NCBI GenBank assembly: GCA_046497485.1
Contig: JAWOFP010000059.1
Coordinates: forward strand, 1 to 11,738
Origin: Candidatus Nanohaloarchaea archaeon
GTDB lineage: Archaea; Nanohalarchaeota; Nanosalinia; Nanosalinales; Nanosalinaceae
Direction of reading: 5' to 3'
Length of the DNA stretch: 11,738 nucleotides
Position 1 is the stretch's first letter; every line of letters starts with the position of its first letter. Position numbers and translations under genes: made by a program. The notes below the pieces were generated by a model. It searched no databases. It saw nothing but the letters and a program-made list of their open reading frames with translations, and was not told where the DNA came from. Positions 7,707-11,738 of this stretch are shown one piece after another.

Positions 7707-8054
7707 ATGAAAGCTGTAGGCGCATTAGGAACTATAAAGTACGGATTCAGCATAATTCTAACCGTCTTACTGATTATCTTATTTGGAGTAATGCCTGCAG
7801 CAGTTGGCGTCCAAATGGTCTTAGAAGAAGCACAAGAAGGAGTAATCCTAGTAGCGCTTGGAGCTCTTGTAATCTACGCAGGAAGTTTAGGCCTCCTCTA
7901 CAAAGTAATTGCTGACGCTGTAGCTACAGGGAATAAAGCAGCTCCTACAGAAGAAGATCTTTCAACAGTAGAAAGTTATCTTGGGAAAATTGAAAAGAAG
8001 CTTGATGAACTGGCAGAAGACTCTGAAAAAGAGAATGAGACCTCAAAAGAGTAA
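7707..8054 (+). CDS. Hypothetical membrane protein (2 TM segments plus acidic coiled-coil tail)
   Basis: IKYGF..TM..YAGSLGLLYKVIADAV, then a heptad-like acidic tail. Confidence 0.75.
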   Translation: MKAVGALGTIKYGFSIILTVLLIILFGVMPAAVGVQMVLEEAQEGVILVALGALVIYAGSLGLLYKVIADAVATGNKAAPTEEDLSTVESYLGKIEKKLDELAEDSEKENETSKE

Positions 8055-8060
8055 AGGCCT

Positions 8061-8321
8061 TTAATTTATCTCTACATCTCCTGACTTGCCTTTTCCAGAC
8101 CATTCTACTTCCACTTCAATAGAGATATCCCCATCTTGTTCTTCCTCTACCTCAAGTTCAAAATCTACTCTTGCAGAAGGCCTCAACTCAATTGAATCAT
8201 TCTGTGTTTTCAGTTCTACTCTGCCTTCAGCTATTTTATCAGCTAAATCCCTCATTTTATCGGCAGCTTCCTCCCTACTCATAGAGGATTCCGTACTCAA
8301 CAGTTTTTCTGTCATAATCAT
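8061..8321 (-). CDS. Amphi-Trp domain-containing protein
   Basis: SREEAADKMRDLADKI..G.V.L....L.P..V.FELEVEE..ISIEVEVEW signature. The start could be 8315. Confidence 0.88.
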   Translation of the reverse strand: MIMTEKLLSTESSMSREEAADKMRDLADKIAEGRVELKTQNDSIELRPSARVDFELEVEEEQDGDISIEVEVEWSGKGKSGDVEIN

Positions 8322-8358
8322 TAATTAAAAAACAAAGATATATCTCTTACTAATACAC

Positions 8359-8781
8359 TCAATAAGTCAGGTAGGCCTCAATCTCATCCTTTAACTCGTG
8401 TATATCATCCGGTAAGTCCTCTGGATCGATAAATACTATGTCTTCTATTGCGCGGCCGAAATCAGTTTCTGGATCTAGGTAACGCTTTAACTTGCTTCTC
8501 CTAGTTTTCTTGGTCAGACCTGTCTCAATCTCATAGATTAAGGCGGTTTCTGCGTCAAGCACATCAACCTTGTAGCCTTCGTGAATCTCTACTTCTGTCA
8601 AGATTTCATGGCCTTGATCGCTCAAGAACTGGAAGACTGCTGCCTTAACAAGGAAATGTTTCCATCTGTCGCCGTGTCTCTTAACTCCTCGCTGTTCTCG
8701 CCAATAACCGTTTCCACGATTTTCTGGGCTTACAGCTGATTTGATCTTCTGCCTTCTTCTCTCTATGTCTTTCTTGTTCAA
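8359..8781 (-). CDS. Small PD-(D/E)XK (restriction-endonuclease-like) nuclease with a basic N-terminal extension
   Basis: KHFLVK..(helix)..GHEILTEV..GYKVDVLD....IYEIET gives an H...E...D...ExE arrangement typical of CoiA-like/REase-fold domains. TTG start with SD GAGGT (8794-8790) 8 nt upstream. Confidence 0.65.
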   Translation of the reverse strand: MNKKDIERRRQKIKSAVSPENRGNGYWREQRGVKRHGDRWKHFLVKAAVFQFLSDQGHEILTEVEIHEGYKVDVLDAETALIYEIETGLTKKTRRSKLKRYLDPETDFGRAIEDIVFIDPEDLPDDIHELKDEIEAYLTY

Positions 8782-8803
8782 GTTAAATTACCTCAGATAA
8801 AGT

Positions 8804-8912
8804 AAAAATTAGACTCATTAGGAGCCAGGATCAACAGTCCCGGGTCTCCGAGGAGAAGTAAATCTCCTTGAGCAGGCCTTCCCGTACATCTCACAAATGC
8901 ACCGGCAGCCTA
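8804..8912 (-). ncRNA. Unassigned structured RNA (three hairpins), leader of or sRNA upstream of the nuclease gene
   Basis: 58% GC over 8821-8910 (52/90) within AT-rich flanks. Three back-to-back stems at 8873-8912, 8851-8868 and 8821-8849. Most non-Watson-Crick pairs are G-U on the minus strand. TATA box ~25 nt upstream; U-tract at the 3' end. Confidence 0.55.
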
Positions 8913-8927
8913 TAATTCAAGATTTAG

Positions 8928-9231
8928 ATGGAAGAGTTAAATAACAGGCCTGAAAATAAAAACAACCAGCTTCAATCTTAACATCTCGGCAGACAGAAAA
9001 TCAAGGCCTACTTCGACCACTTCCTGTCTGGGGAGATTATAGGGCCAGTTATCATCGTGTTCTCACTTGAAGTAGTCATAAGCGGATTATTCGCAATGTA
9101 CGTACCTCAAGCCTTTGAAACAGTTGCATGGCTGATCATCTTTCTACTTTCAGTAGCACTGATAGCGCACGGGGGGAACCACAGGAGAGACCTCAGAAGA
9201 GCTAGAGGAGAAAATAAAAAAGCTGGAATAA
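8928..9231 (+). pseudogene. Disrupted small 2-TM membrane protein gene
   Basis: ATG at 8928 is in frame with the 9057 ORF but interrupted by TAA at 8979. A shift at the G6 run (9171-9176) would give the acidic ending GTTGETSEELEEKIKKLE* (stop 9229-9231) instead of the atypical basic tail. Confidence 0.55.
8937..8944 (-). promoter_or_regulatory. TATA box for the structured RNA/nuclease transcript
   Basis: TTATTTAA on the minus strand ends 24 nt before the first paired base (8912). It also reads TTAAATAA on the plus strand. Confidence 0.5.
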
Positions 9232-9276
9232 AATATAGTTGTATGAATGTAGAAAGTCTTAGAATAGCCTTATAGA

Positions 9277-9531
9277 TTAAATTTCCTGGACTTCCCAGTT
9301 AGCAGTCTGTTCATTCTCTACAACTGCCTGGGCCTCGTACTCTCTTCCAGAGTTCTTATCGTGAACGTAGAACTGGTACTTTTTGAAGCCCTCATCCGTG
9401 ATACTGACATCTGTAACTTCGCATCTCCATCTAGAGCCGCTTCTCGACATATCAAGGCTCTTAGCCGTCTCACGACAGATAGAAGTGATATCAGTTCTTG
9501 AGGTCTTTCCGGCAAGATTGTCCTGTTCCAT
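9277..9531 (-). CDS. Hypothetical protein (84 aa)
   Basis: ATG start, acidic host-like composition, AT-rich promoter-like sequence upstream; no family recognised. Confidence 0.7.
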   Translation of the reverse strand: MEQDNLAGKTSRTDITSICRETAKSLDMSRSGSRWRCEVTDVSITDEGFKKYQFYVHDKNSGREYEAQAVVENEQTANWEVQEI

Positions 9532-9600
9532 AATTACTACATGATAGTAAATTTTATATCTGTTCGGATTATCTGTAGAACATTTTAGAACTGAAAACCT

Positions 9601-10323
9601 TTAGTTCAGTAAATTTTTCTTCATAGCGCCCGCTTTATTTCTCGTTGCCCTAACTGTCAGACGACTATATCCTAAGAATTTATTTTTCAACCAGTGAATT
9701 GTCAGATAAGCAACCATATAGGCAAGTATCCCACCTTGGACGCCTGAAAAATGAGTCAAGTAAAACTCTGACTGAGTTATATAACCATACGAGCTGAGAA
9801 TTGCGAAAACTCCTGTAAGGAGTGAAACTGCCTCTTCCGCGTTTAACAAAGGCGCTTTGATATCAAAAAGCCCATCTTTGTAAAATCCTTCTACCAAAAA
9901 GATTAGGCCTCCAGCACCCATCACAATCCCTATGAAAATTTCTCCAAATATTGGATCGATAAACTTCCAAGTCTGAAGCAGAGCCAGTAACAAAAAGAGA
10001 TTCATCAATGCTAGGCTCATATTAAATGGGTTAAAGACTTTCCGTGAATTACCTACAGAGATCCCTGATTCTCTCAGTAATTCATCAGTTTTAGTATGCG
10101 ACTTCCTCCAATCAAAAGCAAAAGACCTTGCCTTCTTCTTGGTATCAGTCTCAATAATATTCTTGTTATATTTTTCAGGCAGTGTAGGGCTAGAAAGACT
10201 TAATACCCATTTACCTTCCTGATTCTTGTCAGCATGAAGCTTGAAATCAAAGCCACCATCATGAAGCCAGACCATCTCATCGCTACTTTCAGACTCTTTA
10301 CGCCAGTTATTAGCCCTTCCCAG
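9601..10323 (-). CDS. Hypothetical protein: soluble N-terminal domain plus 4 TM segments; probable CTG start
   Basis: The track ORF begins at ATG 10275, but the frame is open to CTG at 10323, which lies 8 nt after SD GTGAGGTG (10339-10332). This adds MGRANNWRKESESSDE. Confidence 0.7.
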   Translation of the reverse strand: MGRANNWRKESESSDEMVWLHDGGFDFKLHADKNQEGKWVLSLSSPTLPEKYNKNIIETDTKKKARSFAFDWRKSHTKTDELLRESGISVGNSRKVFNPFNMSLALMNLFLLLALLQTWKFIDPIFGEIFIGIVMGAGGLIFLVEGFYKDGLFDIKAPLLNAEEAVSLLTGVFAILSSYGYITQSEFYLTHFSGVQGGILAYMVAYLTIHWLKNKFLGYSRLTVRATRNKAGAMKKNLLN

Positions 10324-10449
10324 AACTAGAACACCTCACTAAAATCAGGTTTTAAGGCCTCCATAAACCTGAAATTATACGTCTTTACGGCCTTCATTAA
10401 TTATACTTTACTCAATCAAAAATATAAAATCCACAACATATCTACTGAA

Positions 10450-10528
10450 AAACCGCCAAATTACAGAAAAGCTCAATAAAATCATACTTTGCTCTTCTTT
10501 ATAACCGATAAACCGCAAAATTCTAGAA
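10450..10528 (+). repeat. Imperfect 19-bp direct repeat with a 60-bp period
   Basis: AAACCGCCAAATTACAGAA (10450-10468) versus AAACCGCAAAATTCTAGAA (10510-10528), 16/19 identical. Confidence 0.5.
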
Positions 10529-10599
10529 GATGAGAAGTCAAGAAGAGAATGCGGCTATTTATGGCAGTTAATATGCGGGATTGCGGACAGAAAATCGAA

Positions 10600-10687
10600 A
10601 GCCCCGAGAGGGATTTGAACCCTCGACCTGCTCCTATCTTGCTTTTTGATACAAGGGAGCTGCTCTGGCCAGCTGAGCTATCGAGGC
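10600..10687 (-). tRNA. tRNA-Thr(UGU) with a 14-nt intron at 37/38; CCA not encoded
   Basis: Acceptor GCCTCGA/TCGGGGC plus U73; D arm GCTC/GAGC; anticodon stem GCTCC/GGAGC with CT-TGT-A (anticodon at 10653-10651); T arm GAGGG-TTCAAAT-CCCTC. Confidence 0.96.
10636..10649 (-). other. Archaeal BHB tRNA intron (UCAAAAAGCAAGAU)
   Basis: Exon C32-U33-U34-G35 pairs with intron CAAG as the 4-bp central helix. The 3-nt bulges are U36-A37-U and A-U-A38. A single C-G pair closes an A5 loop. Confidence 0.9.
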
Positions 10688-10715
10688 CTAGTTAAAAACC
10701 AATTTGAGACTAACA

Positions 10716-10721
10716 TTTATA
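10716..10721 (-). promoter_or_regulatory. TATA box of the tRNA gene (TATAAA), directly abutting the endonuclease stop codon
   Basis: Ends 28 nt upstream of tRNA G1. Confidence 0.55.
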
Positions 10722-11159
10722 TTAGAGGTTATCCCCCATCTTATAATCCTCTGCCCAATTTATCCCTTTCTTTTGTCCGTTTCCAGGAGGCTCTATTCTA
10801 AGCTTCATTTCGCTATTAGAAGCATCTTCAATCGGGACACTATATAATTCTTCATTATCCGGACAATATACAACAAATTTGTCTATCTCGCCATCGTACC
10901 CATTACCAGATGTTTCAGAGTAATTAGATGTTGTGCTTACTGTGTTGAAAACTACAACACCATTTTTTAGAGAGCCTGTTTTACATTGAATTTTTTGTAG
11001 CTTATCTCCATTATCTAGAATTAAATCATAACGTGTATTTTCTCCAAAAGGCAAAGAAACATTTAACCCCTTCTTCATCAGCTCAGAAATGATAACTGCC
11101 TCCGAAATCTCACCCTTACGCTTGGGATTTAGGGTCTTCATAGGTTTATACATCGACAT
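10722..11159 (-). CDS. Group I intron-associated type PD-(D/E)XK endonuclease (PDDEXK_5, I-Ssp6803I-like), free-standing
   Basis: KGEISEA....L...G..VSLPFGENTRYDLI......KIQCKTG...Y...ID.F.VY.P......VP motif set. The most likely start is ATG at 11141 (MKTLNPK), 4 nt after the upstream stop. Confidence 0.88.
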   Translation of the reverse strand: MSMYKPMKTLNPKRKGEISEAVIISELMKKGLNVSLPFGENTRYDLILDNGDKLQKIQCKTGSLKNGVVVFNTVSTTSNYSETSGNGYDGEIDKFVVYCPDNEELYSVPIEDASNSEMKLRIEPPGNGQKKGINWAEDYKMGDNL

Positions 11160-11484
11160 CTGCGTCGTCGGGTACGTCTGGGCCTCTGTTTTTGACCTTT
11201 TTCTCGGCCTTGTCTTTGATTCTGTAGATGTTGCTTGAACGGCTGCATTCTGGGCATTCGATCCACCAAGGCCTGTTCCCTAGTTCGCCTTCGCCTTTGA
11301 ATGTGTGTCCGCAGTATGGGCATTTGATGACATACATGAAGTTTTCCATGTCGTAACTTGCGACCTTTGCGAAGCCTGTCTTTTCTCCTTCGTCGTTTTC
11401 CATTTCCCTGTTGGTTGCGTATTCGATTCTGTCGTAGTCAAGGTCTAATGTTACTTCTGGTTCGTTTTCTGATTCCTTTGTCAT
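11146..11484 (-). CDS. Hypothetical zinc-ribbon protein
   Basis: CPYC...CPEC pair; acidic; about 49% GC with host-like codons. Confidence 0.8.
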   Translation of the reverse strand: MTKESENEPEVTLDLDYDRIEYATNREMENDEGEKTGFAKVASYDMENFMYVIKCPYCGHTFKGEGELGNRPWWIECPECSRSSNIYRIKDKAEKKVKNRGPDVPDDADVDV

Positions 11485-11554
11485 CTGTTTAACCCTTACT
11501 AACTGTATAGGCCTGTAGCTTTTTTAACTATTAACAAGGTTCTCTTCCAGGTAT

Positions 11555-11738
11555 TTATTTGAATACCTGTCTGTAGATGATGTCAACGTCTTCTTCGTCC
11601 ACTTCGATCTCCACATCGTCGTAACCTTCAACGTTAACTGATTTCTCTATTTCGAACACTTCGTTTGGCTGTGAGACTTCTTTGATCGATGGATTGAATT
11701 TTTTCAATAATTTGAGATCCCATTCTCTCTTGTTCTCC
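11555..11738 (-). CDS. C-terminal 60 aa of an unidentified acidic protein (partial)
   Basis: Open from the window edge: ENKREWDLKLLKKFNPSIKEVSQPNEVFEIEKSVNVEGYDDVEIEVDEEDVDIIYRQVFK*, with TAA at 11557-11555. Not in the ORF track. Confidence 0.75.
   Translation of the reverse strand, partial: ENKREWDLKLLKKFNPSIKEVSQPNEVFEIEKSVNVEGYDDVEIEVDEEDVDIIYRQVFK

Larger units (their letters stand above)
24..11514. repeat. Dispersed highly iterated palindrome AGGCCT (about 51 copies)
   Basis: Hand-counted starts include 24, 108, 222, 448, 665, 764, 943, 1145, 1387, 1450, 1507, 1726, 1909, 1951, 2063, 2132, 2290, 2462, 2651, 2904, 3091, 3470 ... 10355, 10684, 11269, 11509. Confidence 0.9.

Noticed and set aside
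7532..8328. 73-aa (-) and 80-aa (+) ORFs
   Set aside because: Shadows of the 87-aa, 115-aa and amphi-Trp genes; composition unlike the acidic proteome.
8359..8781. The nuclease as an AGGCCT (StuI-like) restriction enzyme
   Set aside because: No adjacent methyltransferase and nothing in the sequence links its specificity to the motif. Restriction targets are normally depleted, not enriched.
8821..8912. Cobalamin riboswitch, 5S rRNA, SRP RNA or tRNA identity for the structured segment
   Set aside because: It contains isolated words (CCGGUGC, CGGGAAGGC, GGAGACC) but lacks AGGGAA/GCCACUG and the B12 architecture. There is no 5S terminal helix, SRP helix-8 motif or T-loop.
9318..9515. 65-aa alternative-frame ORF
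   Set aside because: Nested in the 84-aa ORF, which has the host-like acidic composition.
10450..10528. CRISPR mini-array
   Set aside because: Only two imperfect 19-bp units, with no CRISPR-like repeat termini and no cas genes.
10600..10687. Group I intron in the tRNA, suggested by the endonuclease family name
   Set aside because: The intron is a 14-nt BHB type, and the endonuclease lies outside the tRNA.
11138..11323. 61-aa Arg-rich ORF (protamine-like appearance)
   Set aside because: Alternative frame of the zinc-ribbon gene; the Arg runs arise from shifted GAC/GAA codons.

Overview
Archaeal chromosomal DNA, roughly 40% GC, with Glu-rich acidic proteins, TATA-type promoters and a bulge-helix-bulge (BHB) tRNA intron. 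It is most consistent with a nanohaloarchaeon (DPANN); that assignment is inference. Left to right: (1) a polB2 cassette (inactivated RadA-like gene, small arCOG07300-type gene, N-terminus of a family-B polymerase) one gene away from a short Orc1/Cdc6 paralog; (2) a TauE/SafE exporter, DUF3467 and a small membrane-anchored protein; (3) a nitroreductase and an HxlR regulator diverging from one palindromic TATA box; (4) a GtrABC-like glycosylation trio (GT2, GtrA, GT-C); (5) small hypothetical genes and an amphi-Trp gene; (6) an accessory-looking stretch with a 140-aa PD-(D/E)XK-like nuclease preceded by a ~105-nt structured RNA, plus a decayed membrane-protein gene; (7) an intron-containing tRNA-Thr(UGU) abutted by an AT-rich PDDEXK_5 (I-Ssp6803I-like) endonuclease; (8) a zinc-ribbon protein and a partial CDS. 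The palindrome AGGCCT occurs about 51 times by hand count (about 2 expected), like a cyanobacterial HIP1 motif. Best candidates for undescribed biology: the structured RNA plus nuclease pair, the tRNA intron plus free-standing endonuclease pair, the AGGCCT iteration, and a Cdc6-linked PolB2 cassette sharing an upstream motif. All family calls come from motif recognition by eye, not database searches.
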